A stretch of 64,000 nt of DNA from Candidatus Bathyarchaeota archaeon (GTDB taxonomy: Archaea; Thermoproteota; Bathyarchaeia; Bathyarchaeales; Bathycorpusculaceae). The notes under the pieces were generated by a model. That model was not told the origin of the DNA, made no database searches, and saw only the letters and a list, made by a program, of their open reading frames with translations. The translations under genes and the position numbers were made by a program. Shown here piece after piece: positions 21,105 through 32,835 of the stretch; position 1 is the first letter of the stretch; the number at the start of each line of letters is the position of its first letter. The DNA is taken from NCBI GenBank assembly GCA_963733095.1, contig CAVTBV010000016.1:1-64000 (forward strand), given 5' to 3'.

Positions 21105-21297
21105 ATGCTGTCACCTTCATAATTGGTTCAAGGATTATCCTTTTTTTCTCGTCCAGTTTGATGATAAAAAGGTCAGTGTTCTCATCCCCCAATTCTCTTC
21201 TTAGTTTTCGTGGAATAACTATTACTTTTGAGCTGTCTGTGTGGTATGCTTTTGCGGTAGTTATGATTATTTCAGTCACTTTCCAATTCGCCTCCAT
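21091..21297 (-). CDS. Small AbrB/SpoVT-like DNA-binding protein
   Basis: SKVIVIPRKLRRELG...IILEPI pattern; ATG at 21297; overlaps the start of the next gene. Confidence 0.65.
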   Translation of the reverse strand: MEANWKVTEIIITTAKAYHTDSSKVIVIPRKLRRELGDENTDLFIIKLDEKKRIILEPIMKVTAFGNL

Positions 21298-21343
21298 TTT
21301 CGATAAAATACATATAGAGAAAGTACCCCTAGGGGTGTTTCGT

Positions 21344-22495
21344 TTGAGGCGACTTAATTTGGAGCAAGGTAAACCTAAAACTGGCGACCACATCGCTTTA
21401 TCGTGGAAAAAAGAAGATGGTTCTATTTGGGGTGGAACCGAAGGCTGCGTTGTAGGCGTAACGGAAGATAGCCATTCTAAGCCCTACCTGATTTTGGATA
21501 GAAGCACTTATGGCAAATCCTTAAAATCCCTTTTTTTCTCCTTAGGTCTTTTGGATTTATGGATGGTTCCAACATCAGATATAGAGTCCATTATTGACTT
21601 AAGTCAACGAGAGCGACCATCCGGTTTAAGTGAAAAAATGCACCTGAAAATTGAAATTGACTATAGAACTAACATGGACTATCAGGAGACAATAAAAAAG
21701 CTGAAAGTAAGAGGAGATTGTCATTTTGACGTAAATCAGCCAGCGCAAACAGAAAATGCTTGCAACTTTATAGTCAGAGATATAACGTCAATCAGAGAAG
21801 CGACAATAGTTTTTTCCCCTAAAGGTAATATCCAAATTCACTGTCAGCCAAAACAACTTAACGACTGCGTTAATTGGCTTGAGGAATCAGTTGTAATTCA
21901 GGAAGGTCACACGCATCTTGTTTTAGTTCCAACAAACTTCATGCTTAACATTCATGACGTTTTCAAAGAATCAGCAGACCCCACTATAGAATTAATAGAA
22001 AGACTTGCCAAAATTGAGGGAGAAACTGAACGAATTTTATTTCCCCTTGGATGGGTCGATTACTTTTTTGACGACATGGAATATAACTATCTTGAAAACC
22101 TTTTTTCAGATTCACACCCTAAAAAAGATAGAATCTTAATCCGAGGGAATAGAAACAAAGCGAATAACCAATTTGCATCCAATCCTGTGGATACCAATAT
22201 GAGAGTATGGATGAACATGGATTTTCTTGATAAGACTGCGTCAGTTGCCAAGTATATTTCTTCTGAATTTCCAACTATGCAGCTATCTGGACTTATACTG
22301 AAGCCTGAAGAGGAAAACGGTCTTAAGAATATGTGGTTTAGGTCTAGACCATATCCATTTAGCGGTCTTGACCTTGGAGGTGCGGATGGTTTCCATGGAA
22401 AGGTGCTAATCCGAAATTTACTTATCAATAGAAAAAAAGGTGCTTATACAGTAAACTTCAGAAAGTATTACGGTACAGACTTTTCCTCCCATTAG
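21344..22495 (+). CDS. Hypothetical protein
   Basis: Long open frame (20990-22495); the real start is probably near 21335-21344, divergent from the AbrB-like gene. Confidence 0.55.
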   Translation: MRRLNLEQGKPKTGDHIALSWKKEDGSIWGGTEGCVVGVTEDSHSKPYLILDRSTYGKSLKSLFFSLGLLDLWMVPTSDIESIIDLSQRERPSGLSEKMHLKIEIDYRTNMDYQETIKKLKVRGDCHFDVNQPAQTENACNFIVRDITSIREATIVFSPKGNIQIHCQPKQLNDCVNWLEESVVIQEGHTHLVLVPTNFMLNIHDVFKESADPTIELIERLAKIEGETERILFPLGWVDYFFDDMEYNYLENLFSDSHPKKDRILIRGNRNKANNQFASNPVDTNMRVWMNMDFLDKTASVAKYISSEFPTMQLSGLILKPEEENGLKNMWFRSRPYPFSGLDLGGADGFHGKVLIRNLLINRKKGAYTVNFRKYYGTDFSSH

Positions 22496-22545
22496 GTCAG
22501 CTGTTTGCTATTATTATATATATCAATAGATAATAATTTGGTTCT

Positions 22546-24070
22546 ATGCTTGATATTAAGACCTTGGAGGGCTGGCTTTGGGACGCTGCTTGCAAAATCC
22601 GCGGTCCAGTCGATGCTCCAAAATATAAAGACCACATTTTGCCGCTTATCTTCTTGAAGAGGCTCTCAGATGTTTTTGATGAAGAAATAGAAAAACTAGC
22701 TGTTCAATACGGCGACAAGGCAACTGTTGAGGAATTAGTGGAAGCAGACCACTCAATCGTATGGTTCTACATACCAAAAATCGCAAGATGGAACAGCATA
22801 ATGGAGAAAAGCACCGGCTTAGGCGAATACCTAACCGACGCCGTCCGAGCCATAGCCAAAGAGAACCCTAAACTTCAAGGCGTAGTGGACCTAAAAGACT
22901 ACAACGAAACCGCCTCCGGACAACGAACAATCAGCGATGAAAGCCTAAAAGCCCTAATAGACATACTAAACAAGCATAAACTGGGCTTAAAAGACGCTGA
23001 ACCAGATATACTAGGAAGAGCCTATGAGTATCTACTGAGAAAATTCGCTGAAGGCTCAGGTTCTTCAGCTGGTGAGTTTTATACTCCTTCAGAAGTTGCA
23101 GTCTTAATGGCTAACATCTTAGACCCAAAAGAGGGAGAGCAGGTTTATGACCCATGCCTTGGCTCAGGCAGCTTACTAATCAAAATAGCATCAAAGTTTA
23201 AAGAAAAGTACGGTGACGACGCCAAGATTAAGCCCCTGCAGTTCTTTGGTCAAGAAGTCCTCCATGGAACTTATGCCATGGCCAAGATGAATGTTTTCAT
23301 CAACAAGATGGAAGCCAACGTTGCCCTTGGAGACACCATGAACAAACCAGCTTTCCTAACGCCTGAAGGCAGCTTACAGACCTTTGACATTGTCGTTGCT
23401 AATCCCATGTGGAACCAAGACACATTCAAACAATCAACCTACGAAAACGACACCTACAACCGATTTGAAAATAGGCTATCCACCAAACAGCAGTGCAGAC
23501 TGGGGCTGGATACAGCACATGTTCAAATCCCTAAACAAGAAAGGAAGAATGGCAGTCGTACTCGACACAGGAGCAGTATCCCGCGGCTCAGGCAACGAAG
23601 GCTCAAACCGAGAACGAGACATAAGAAAAGCATTCATAGAAAACGATTATGTAGAATCTGTTATTCTAATGCCCGAAAACCTCTTCTACAACACAACTTC
23701 AGCAGGAATAATCTTAGTTCTAAACAAAGACAAGAAATACAAGAATGAAATTCTACTAATCAATAGCTCAAAGATGTTTGAGAAGGGCAGACCAAAAAAC
23801 TTCTTACCAAGCAGTTCGATTCAAAAAATTTTAAAGTTGTATGTAGATTGGAATAGCGAAGAAGGAATAAGCGCAATCCTTCAAAAACAAGAAGTAATCA
23901 AAAACGACTTCAACCTAAGTCCTTCAAGATACGTCTCTAAAAATGGACAAGACACCACTCTACCATTGGATGAAGCCATTGTTTTATTAAAAGAAGCAAT
24001 GGAAGAACAAGAGAAGGCTGATTGGGATTTAAATACTATGCTTCAAAAGATGGGGTTCAAATTAAATTGA
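22546..24070 (+). CDS. hsdM: Type I R-M methyltransferase subunit, one frameshift near 23470
   Basis: GEFYTP, YDPCLGSG and NPMW in frame 1; ADWGWIQH...NLSPSRY continues in another frame. Confidence 0.9.
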
Positions 24071-25357
24071 CTGAACTTCAATCAACTTTTGAGGACTATG
24101 TACAAACTGACTTCGGGTTTTTGCCAAGGGACTGGGCGATTGTAAAATTAGCCGATGTTTTAGAAGAAGTCGATTTGAGGTTAAGCAATAGTTCCTTTGA
24201 AAACTTGCCTGTTCTTTCATTAACAAAAAATCATGGATTGATTCTTCAAAGTGAGCGATTCATTCATAGAATTGCCACTAAAGTTGTCAGCAGGTACAAG
24301 GTTATCACGGAAGGTCAAATCGTTTACAATCCTTATGTAATTTGGGAAGGGGCAATAAATGCTCTGAAGAATTTTGAAGCTGGAATAGTTAGTCCTGTTT
24401 ATGCAATATGGAAAGTAAAACCAGAATGTGATTGGCGATATGTTGACAACTTATTAAGAACTGGATACATGCTGAATGAATATAGTAAATATTCAAGTGG
24501 CGCTGTTGTTAGGAGAAGATCAATTAAAAAAAACCTCTTTTTGAATATTCAAATTCCTCTTCCACCTATTCAAGAACAAAAGAAAATCGCTAATATATTA
24601 TCAACAATTGAAGCTGCATTAGGTAAATCAAATAATTCTTTATCGTCCATGAAAGAACTTAAAAAATCGTTAATGAGGCATATTTTCAATTACGGTTTAG
24701 TCAGTTTGGAAGATGCAAACAAAATTCAGTTGAAAGAAACAGAAATTGGGCAAATGCCAAAGGGATGGAATATTGCAAACCTGATTGAAATAACAAAAAA
24801 AACTCAACAGAAAGATATGCGCAAAGCAGATTATGAATTTAAGTACATAGACGTTTCAGGAATAAACAAGAATCTAAATAAAATTGCTGCTTTTTCAATT
24901 TTCAAAGGAAAAACATCCCCTAGCAGAGCAAGAAAAGTTATAGAAACAAACGACGTTATAATTGCTACGGTTAGACCAACTTTGAGAAGAGTCGCGGTTG
25001 TTACAGAGGATTATAATTCTCAAGTTTGTTCAACTGCTTTTTGTGTGCTTAGGGCAAAAGAAACCTGTAAACTCAAAGTATTTGTTTTATGCAATTCAAA
25101 GAGATAGTTTCATTGATGAGTTGGGTAAACAGCAAAGAGGGGTTAACTATCCGGCTGTATTGGATTCTGATGTTAAGAAGCAGAAAATCCCTCTTCCTTC
25201 CGTCACTGAACAGATCGAAATGGCATCAATTCTTGACATTGTGGATTCTAAAATTAACTCGGAGTATTTACATAAAAAAAGTCTTGAAGAGTTATTTAAT
25301 TCAACTCTATCAGAACTCATGAGTGCAAAAATCCTGGCTAACAATTTGGAGATTTAA
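24067..25357 (+). CDS. hsdS: Type I R-M specificity subunit, one frameshift near 25060
   Basis: Two TRDs, each followed by a conserved IPLPP..EQ / IPLPS..EQ region. Confidence 0.88.
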
Positions 25358-25359
25358 AG

Positions 25360-28272
25360 ATGTCTAATTTTGGGAATGAAAGAGCTTCGGTGCAGAATAC
25401 TTTAATCAAGTATGCTTGCGATGTTGGTGTTGGTTGGGAATATGTTGCGCCTGATGCTGCTGAGCGGTTGCGTGGTGGAAGAACTGGTCTTATTTTTAAA
25501 GAAGTGTTTGCAAACCAGATTAAGAAACTCAACCCTTTTGCCGATTCATTCATGATTGATGAAAAGGCTAAGGCGCTTGAGCGGTTGCCGGCAAGAATTG
25601 AAGGTAATCTTCAAGCGTGGGAATATCTCAGGGGATTAAAAACGGTGTTTCTTCCGAAAGAAAGTAGAGAGAGAAACCTAATAGTAATTGACAAGAAAGC
25701 CGAAAATAACATTTACCAAATAACTGATGAATACAGTTATACAAACGGTGTTAAAACTAACCGTTATGACGTTGTCTTCCTCATTAATGGGGTTCCTGTC
25801 TTTTTTGTTGAATGCAAAGCCGTTGCAAAGTTCATGGGTAAAAATACTAACCGAGAATCAATTATTGCTGACGCCTTAGATCAGGTACGCAGATACCATA
25901 GCCAAACTCCTGAACCCATGACGCTATTTCAAGTTTACACAGCAACGAACATTATCAATTTTCTCTATGCAGCAACATGGAGCTTAGATGCTAAATCAGT
26001 TTTCAACTGGAAGGCAGAATCTAAAGCTACAACCTTTGAGGAGCTTGTTAAGAGCTTTTTTGATAAGCAAAGAGTCACGGACATACTGCTCAACTACATA
26101 TTATTTACTAGGCAAGATGACGAAATAAAGAAAGTCATACTAAGACCTCACCAGATGCAGGCTGTCGATAGGATTGTGGAGCGTGCTGCAAGTGACAAGA
26201 AGAGGGGTTTAATTTGGCATACTCAGGGCAGTGGTAAAACCTACACGATGATAGTTGCAGCCCAGCAAATTCTAAATAATCCGCTTTTTCAAAACCCAAC
26301 GGTTATCATGCTTGTAGATAGGAACGAGCTGGAAACTCAGCTTTTCGGGAACCTAAGTTCAATTGGGATTGAGCATATCCAAGTTGCCCAGAGCAAAAAG
26401 CATCTGCAAGACCTTCTGCAAGGAGATAGCCGCAGTTTAATCGTTACCATGATTCACAAGTTTGAGAACATGCCTGAGAAGATTAACCTTCGAAGCAACA
26501 TTTTTGTGCTTGTGGATGAAGCTCACAGAACCACAGGCGGAGACTTAGGCAACTACCTAATGGGCGCTCTACCCAATTCTTCCTACATTGGTTTTACGGG
26601 AACACCCATAGACCAGACGGCTCATGGAAAAGGCACTTTCAAAGTCTTCGGAATAGACGATGCGCCTCACGGCTACCTAGACAAATATGGCATAGCCGAA
26701 TCCATCGCTGATGGAACAACCGTTAAACTTCACTATACATTGGCTCCAAACGAGCTAAGACCTGACCGCGCTTTGCTTGAGAAAGAATTTTTGCTTCTTA
26801 CTGAAGCCCAAGGCATAAGCGACGTTGAAGCCCTAAACAAGGTTTTGGATAAAGCGGTTAACCTCAAAAACATGCTTAAAAATCAAGAGCGAATGCAGAA
26901 CGTGGCCGCGTTTATTGCTAAGCATTTTACCGAGTATATTGAACCCATGGGCTACAAGGCTTTCCTTGTCGCTGTTGACAGAGAAGCGTGTGCATTGTAC
27001 AAAAAAGAGTTAGATAAACTGCTGCCAAAAGAATACTCGGAGGTAGTTTACAGCTCAGCGCATAACGATTTGCCACCCATAAGCGACTACCACCTGAGTG
27101 ATGAGCAAGAGAAAATCATCCGAAAATCCTTCCGTAAGCCGGATACTAACCCAAAGATTCTCATAGTAACGGAAAAGTTGCTAACTGGCTTTGATGCTCC
27201 TATCTTGTACTGCATGTACTTGGATAAGCCGATGCGTGACCATGTTCTTCTGCAAGCCATTGCTCGAGTAAACAGACCCTTTGAAGATGATAGCAGAAAG
27301 AAACCAAGCGGCTTTGTCCTTGACTTCATTGGGCTTTTTGATAAACTTGAAACCGCCCTGTCTTTTGACTCCGCCGATGTCAGTGGCATCGTTAAAGACA
27401 TTGAAGTGCTAAAGCAAAGATTCCAAGAAATGCTAACTACTGCAAAAACTAGCTACTTGAGCTTGATTAAGGGTCAATCAAGGGATAAAGCCGTTGAAGC
27501 ACTTCTGGAAGCCTTCAAAGATGAAGATAAGCGTGAAACTTTGTATGAGTTTTTTGATGAGTTATCTCTAATTTATGAAATGGTTTCACCCGATGCTTTT
27601 CTTCGACCATTTATAAACGACTATGACACATTAGCCCGAATGTACAATATCCTAAAAGAAGCCTACGACCCCCAAATCACGGTTGATCGAGAATTTACAA
27701 GAAAAACCGCTCAACTTGTTAGGGATAACACAAAGTCTGGGCAGATCCAATCAAGCCTCGAAATTTACGAAATAAATGAAGGCACCTTAAGAAAACTCCA
27801 GGAAAGCAATGCTACGGACACAGAAAAAGTATTCAACCTAATAGTGAGCATTAAGAAGATGGTTGAAAATGAAGCAGCAACAAGCCCGTACCTGCGTTCT
27901 ATTGGTGAAAAAGTTGAATTAATATCGACACTATTCAAGCAGAGACAAATAGATACCAAAGACGCTCTAGGACGGATAAAGTTAGAGATCGAAGAGGCAA
28001 ATAAAGCCAAGAAAACCCAAGCGGAAAGTAACCTTCCAAAAGAGCTTTTCTCAGCATATTGGATAATGAAAACTGACGCTATCCCTGAGCCTGAAGAGAA
28101 AGCAACAAGCATGAAGCCAATCTTTGAGAAATATCCATATTGGGCAACAAGCCAGGAACAAGAGCGAGAACTTAAACAAGGAATAAATCAAATATTCATA
28201 AAAGCAAAAATCGCAGTTAAAAAATCTGTAGAGTTAACCAATAAAATCCTTGCTATCCTAAAGAGTGCATAA
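25360..28272 (+). CDS. hsdR: Type I R-M restriction subunit
   Basis: RYDVVFLINGVP..ECK, WHTQGSGKT, DEAH, GFTGTP and QAIARVNR motifs; intact 970 aa. Confidence 0.95.
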   Translation: MSNFGNERASVQNTLIKYACDVGVGWEYVAPDAAERLRGGRTGLIFKEVFANQIKKLNPFADSFMIDEKAKALERLPARIEGNLQAWEYLRGLKTVFLPKESRERNLIVIDKKAENNIYQITDEYSYTNGVKTNRYDVVFLINGVPVFFVECKAVAKFMGKNTNRESIIADALDQVRRYHSQTPEPMTLFQVYTATNIINFLYAATWSLDAKSVFNWKAESKATTFEELVKSFFDKQRVTDILLNYILFTRQDDEIKKVILRPHQMQAVDRIVERAASDKKRGLIWHTQGSGKTYTMIVAAQQILNNPLFQNPTVIMLVDRNELETQLFGNLSSIGIEHIQVAQSKKHLQDLLQGDSRSLIVTMIHKFENMPEKINLRSNIFVLVDEAHRTTGGDLGNYLMGALPNSSYIGFTGTPIDQTAHGKGTFKVFGIDDAPHGYLDKYGIAESIADGTTVKLHYTLAPNELRPDRALLEKEFLLLTEAQGISDVEALNKVLDKAVNLKNMLKNQERMQNVAAFIAKHFTEYIEPMGYKAFLVAVDREACALYKKELDKLLPKEYSEVVYSSAHNDLPPISDYHLSDEQEKIIRKSFRKPDTNPKILIVTEKLLTGFDAPILYCMYLDKPMRDHVLLQAIARVNRPFEDDSRKKPSGFVLDFIGLFDKLETALSFDSADVSGIVKDIEVLKQRFQEMLTTAKTSYLSLIKGQSRDKAVEALLEAFKDEDKRETLYEFFDELSLIYEMVSPDAFLRPFINDYDTLARMYNILKEAYDPQITVDREFTRKTAQLVRDNTKSGQIQSSLEIYEINEGTLRKLQESNATDTEKVFNLIVSIKKMVENEAATSPYLRSIGEKVELISTLFKQRQIDTKDALGRIKLEIEEANKAKKTQAESNLPKELFSAYWIMKTDAIPEPEEKATSMKPIFEKYPYWATSQEQERELKQGINQIFIKAKIAVKKSVELTNKILAILKSA

Positions 28273-28274
28273 TT

Positions 28275-28601
28275 ATGGTTTCAGCAAGCGAATTTAAAAA
28301 AGAAGTTTCAAGCTGGGCGCAAACGTTAAACGTTACTCCGAAAGAAGTGCACCTGAGAGATATTAGCAATAAATGGGCGAGTTGTTCAAGCAAAGGGAGA
28401 CTGACATTTTCCTATACGTTGCTGAATGAAAATGCGGAAATAAGGTCAAAAGTTATAGTGCATGAGCTTCTTCACTTGAAATATCCTAATCATGGGAAGA
28501 TGTTCAAAACTTTATATAACTCATACTTAAAAAAAGCGGGAATTGTATCCTCAATTAACGATATTACCGTCGCAGAAACCGTGCTAAAACCCAAATCATG
28601 A
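28275..28601 (+). CDS. YgjP/M48-like metallohydrolase (DUF45)
   Basis: KWASCS and VHELLHL..PNH motifs; a typical hsdR neighbour. Confidence 0.85.
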   Translation: MVSASEFKKEVSSWAQTLNVTPKEVHLRDISNKWASCSSKGRLTFSYTLLNENAEIRSKVIVHELLHLKYPNHGKMFKTLYNSYLKKAGIVSSINDITVAETVLKPKS

Positions 28602-29492
28602 CGCTTTCAAAGACCCTGATTCGTATTCTTTAAAATTTACTTGATTTAATTTATTTGAAACCAATGCTGCTCCGTAAACGTTTTCACAGAAAATCTTTGC
28701 ATGTTTTAAAAGAAATGGAAATCTCTTAATGAGGGGTTTATCTCTTGTATATTGCCCCATGTTCCAGTAATCTTTAGAATTTATTGGTGGATATCGTGTT
28801 GATGTCTCGTGCCACATTGTTAGCATCGAAAGACCATAGGCGCGTGGAGACGAACGTAAAATGCAAAATTGATAATCGCCCCTAATATCTCCGCTGAACG
28901 CTTTGCCAACTCCTTTTATTACTCTCATTGAAAACAAGAAACCAATTTTATCAAAAGGAACCTTTTCGAGTGTCTTAAGCGAAGTCTTAACATAAGAGTT
29001 TCTTTTGTCTAAATTCAGAGTTGCTTGCCACATTTCAGCCTCATTTAACTTGTAAATTTTATCGTTGTCAGTTTTTAACTTTTCAGCTGAAGGCACCAAA
29101 GGAGCAAGTTTCTTCAAAATTAAATCAAATCCAAAACTCCTAAGTTTTTCAACTGCGGGGTCGTTTGATGCATTTAACCAATTTATACTTTCAGCCAATT
29201 GTCCGTTGAAAGATTCCATTCCAAGCAGAAGAGCATAAACTGAACGGTGACTAATTGATTTAACCTCATTAACTTTTAAAATTCCTAACATCAAACCAAA
29301 AGCCTTGGCAGACTTCTCTACCGATTGTTGCATAGCATATACTGCCTAGGCGTACAGGTTTTCTTTATAAAGAACTTTGGCAGCGGCAAAATCTTTCTTT
29401 GCTATAATGGCAAAATTGAGAGCGGTCTTCGCTGGAATAGACTTTGGGATGGGCAAAAAACCGTCTTGCTCTTTTTCTTTATGCAGTCCCAT
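28596..29492 (-). pseudogene. HEPN domain protein with an in-frame TAG
   Basis: Reads AKKDFAAAKVLYKENLYA*AVYAMQQSVEKSAKA, with HETSTRYP later; TAG at 29346-29348. Confidence 0.7.
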
Positions 29493-29509
29493 GCCATCAC
29501 TTTGTCTTT

Positions 29510-30428
29510 TTAGGAGTGTCTTGAATAAGATTGTTTTATCAAAGTCATCAAATAATCAAACTTTTCACTTGACTCAATAATCACTTGATAATCCCCATTG
29601 CCCCAGTGTCCCACCTCAGCAACATCACGAGACATGTTTCTTTGGGTCATCCAATTCTCCCTTCGACAGGTTTATCCACAATTTCAACTGGTTCTTCTGC
29701 GGATGCACATCCACAAAATTAGTGGCTGCTACAAAACCAACATAGAGTTTTCTAGGTCGAATTGAAATGTTATCGCCTAAAGTAAGAACCCTCTCTTTTA
29801 ACGCTTGATATAGCTCAATGGTTTCATTTGGCAAACCGCTCAAGTGGTCTTCTTCTGTGTAAACCTTTATTTCACGGCTGACCTTTTGGACAATTTCGCT
29901 TCTTGGGCTTATCTTAGTTATGGATTCGCTGGTTTCCGGTGATTTCAACTGATTAAATAGCAAAGTGCCGTTCTCAAACTTGCTTATCTCCCACAACTCA
30001 ATAGGCAAATCACGGAAATTAATAGCTTGCTTTTGATATTTGGTGAATTGTGGAGAAACAAAAATAACCTTTGATTGCGACCAATCCACATCATCGCGTT
30101 TGAGGTTCCGGTTTTTGTTTTCATTGTATTCAAGGATAAACTCTGCTTTGTTGTTTAGTAGCAAACCAAGATAGGCATAGCCTTGATCTATAACGCTAAA
30201 ACTCTGATCAATCTTGTATTCGATAATGACGAATGTATTATTCTCATTGTCGAAAGCCAATGTGTCAATTCTCAGGCTACCTAACGCCAATTCTGACCGC
30301 ACAAATTCATAATTAAAAACTTCTTTGAGGCTGGATTCCGTGATACGTTGGATGTCTTTACGCTCACTTTTAAACGGGACTTCCTTGATACGTTCAAGCC
30401 TGTCGTTCTTTGTTGAAAACAGTGGCAT
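29510..30428 (-). CDS. PD-(D/E)XK nuclease-like domain plus DUF5655, frameshift near 29640
   Basis: RIDTLAFD...IIEYK; the C-terminal RDVAEVGHWGNGDY is in a shifted frame ending at 29510. Confidence 0.75.
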
Positions 30429-30534
30429 ACTAAGTAAGTGGACTCTGTTTGTTTAAAAAACTTGGCACTTTATTTTTGAAGAAACTAAAAGCATAAAACT
30501 TCATTTCTTAATATTCAACTCAGAGCCGGGTCTA

Positions 30535-30999
30535 GTGTTGGAGGAAAGGTACAAAAAAACTTTGATTGAACCAAAGGTGCGGCTCTTACTATCGATTTAC
30601 CTGCAAGGGTTTCCTCAAAGAAGTAGCAAAAGAAAGAAACTGGAAAATGAACTTAGCTGCGATAAGGGAAATTTGAGTAAACATATCACCAGTCTCTTAC
30701 ATGATAACTTAATTCAAAGCACGAATCCTGATAGAGTTAGCCCGCCGTACAAAGTAACTAAGCAAGGTAAAAAATTCTTAAAACCGATAATATTATCCTT
30801 TCAAATCGGTTTATTCATAATTATTTGGGCAGCATCATGGGGTACAATCTTCTACGTACTTTACAATAGCCAACCAATAATGATGGCTATATCATTTCTG
30901 GTTATCATTTTAGGCGGTTTTGTAACAGCTGCACTTATCTTAATCTTTCAACCGTATGTTTTGTTGAGAGTGGAAAAACAAGTTATTGATGAGTTGTAA
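30535..30999 (+). CDS. wHTH (MarR-like) protein with two C-terminal TMs
   Basis: DKGNLSKHITSL...YKVTKQGK followed by hydrophobic helices. Confidence 0.6.
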   Translation: MLEERYKKTLIEPKVRLLLSIYLQGFPQRSSKRKKLENELSCDKGNLSKHITSLLHDNLIQSTNPDRVSPPYKVTKQGKKFLKPIILSFQIGLFIIIWAASWGTIFYVLYNSQPIMMAISFLVIILGGFVTAALILIFQPYVLLRVEKQVIDEL

Positions 31000-31068
31000 A
31001 TTTACACTGAAATAGACGCACCAAAATACGTTATCCAGAGCAAACAACTAAGAAAGAGTACACAAAAA

Positions 31069-31963
31069 ATGAAAAACATCACTAAACTGACTATTGCTTC
31101 TTCGTGTATTACAACAGTTTTATTTTTAGTTTGGATGGATGTTTTTCATATATCATCCCTAATTAACACATTTCTCTTGATAGAAATTGGAAAGTTTTCA
31201 GGACCTATTTTAGGTTTGATTTTAGCATCCGCTGTTACAGCCATATTTCCGATTTTGTCTGCAATACCATTACTGCGTTTTGAAAAAGGCAAACTGAACA
31301 AAATGGCTTTTACCTCTATAAGGAGACATAGAAAACGAGTAATTGGCATAATTTTTATCGGTTTTACTCTTTCATTTACAGTTACTTTTCTTTTATCGGC
31401 TCCATTTATGTTACAAATTAAGGATTCTGACAAAAAAATTGATGCATTTGTTCTTCGCAATTCAAATGAGAGCCTCGCTGACTTTGTGGAAAATCTCACA
31501 TTTTTTCTAAATGAAAATCTGAACAATTCTTACAAGAGAACCGAATCTCTTTTTGAAATAGATTCAAAACTTAGTCAAACGCTAATTGACCCGATAATAA
31601 TGCAAACTTGGAATGTTACTGCTGCCGATGTGATCCTCAATCAAAGTTGGGGCTCCTGTGGACAGGCTGCTATATTGCTTGCCCAAGTGATGCACAACGC
31701 AGGATACGAATCGCGCATTGCTCATTTCAAGGGTGTCGACCACGAGATGGGCAGAAGTAAATAATGGAACTAATTGGGTAATTGTCGACCCTTGGTATAT
31801 CGGGAATTTGGTTGATATTCATTCTCTACGAAATGCTAAGCCTGATTTTCAACAGGCAAAGCTAGCGGACAAGTTTAAACTTTTGATACTAATGTCTGGA
31901 CTGACGCTAGTAAAGAGCATGGATATTAAAAACTTCAAAAGTTCGGTTTGGCAATCTGCCTAA
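31069..31963 (+). CDS. Membrane-bound transglutaminase-like protein, frameshifted near 31745
   Basis: N-terminal TMs; the GSCGQAA, DH-WAEV and VDP triad motifs are split across frames. Confidence 0.7.
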
Positions 31964-32215
31964 CTGGGATAGCATCCTCTTCTAAATAATAAGAACTCTG
32001 GAACAGGCATAAGCTACTTTTCGAATTTTCCGCCGCGCATGGGGCATTCTCGCTTTATTGTATCTGGAATCGTTGGAAGTTGTTTTGTGTGGCAGAAACA
32101 GAGTGAATCTATTCGTAAAAGTAACAAAGTCTTTGTTTAGTTTAGATCCTTATTTGAAATTAACAGGATTTATTTACAAAAAGATTCCAATAGAAGCACG
32201 TGAGAAATGATGAAA

Positions 32216-32300
32216 GATTGGCTGAAAAGGCTCTGGTTAGCATAGAATCCTTGCAATTTTCTTCCCTTCTCCTTTAACCCCTTCCAGAGCCTCAGCAATC
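32216..32300 (+). repeat. Structured intergenic repeat, copy 1
   Basis: GCTGA-AAA-GGCTCTGG ... CCAGAGCC-TCAGC stem; same motif as at 45.1, 48.25 and 51.18 kb. Confidence 0.65.
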
Positions 32301-32362
32301 GATCAAGAAAGCAACTCTGTAACTTGCTTTGATGATTTTAGAGGAATCAGCTGTCATGCTGT

Positions 32363-32590
32363 TTATGGCTTGAAAATGACTAAGTATTTTCGTTCTTTAT
32401 CCTCAATAACGGTTAACCCGTGGTTTTTTGCAAACACTTCTATTTCTTCATTATTATCACATTTAATCTGAATCAGGTAATCATCAGGTCTTCTCAGTGA
32501 AACATGAATGTATGTTGGCTCCACAACTTTGTTAGCTACTAATTCTTTTAACAAAGCCATAGCTTGCAGTCTATCCAAGTACGCCCACAC
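32363..32590 (-). CDS. Small hypothetical protein
   Basis: 75-aa ORF with protein-like composition. Confidence 0.5.
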   Translation of the reverse strand: MWAYLDRLQAMALLKELVANKVVEPTYIHVSLRRPDDYLIQIKCDNNEEIEVFAKNHGLTVIEDKERKYLVIFKP

Positions 32591-32835
32591 AATAAGTTAA
32601 CGCTAATTTTGATATAACGTTTTTCAATAAAGAACTATTACGATAAAATAAGAAAACGTAGGGTAAAACATAGCCGAATAGGAATTGGAAGAAACAAACA
32701 TTTTCATCATATTTCATTTCCTAACAAGAATAACCCCCCAAACATGTTGATGTACATCATCGGGTTTGGATATGTGTCCAATCAAGAAATATCACTTATA
32801 GGCATTCATGATTTTCTGTCTAAAGTGAAAACCGA

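Noticed and set aside
20990-21343. N-terminal 118 aa of the 501-aa ORF
   Set aside because: It overlaps two better-supported minus-strand genes and is probably an ORF-caller extension.
23465-25065. hsdM/hsdS frameshifts as phase variation
   Set aside because: They occur in short A runs (3-4 nt), not long simple repeats, and there are no inverted hsdS cassettes.
29346-29348. In-frame TAG in the HEPN gene as pyrrolysine readthrough
   Set aside because: A single CAG-to-TAG change explains it, no pyl genes are in the window, and neighbouring genes are also damaged.
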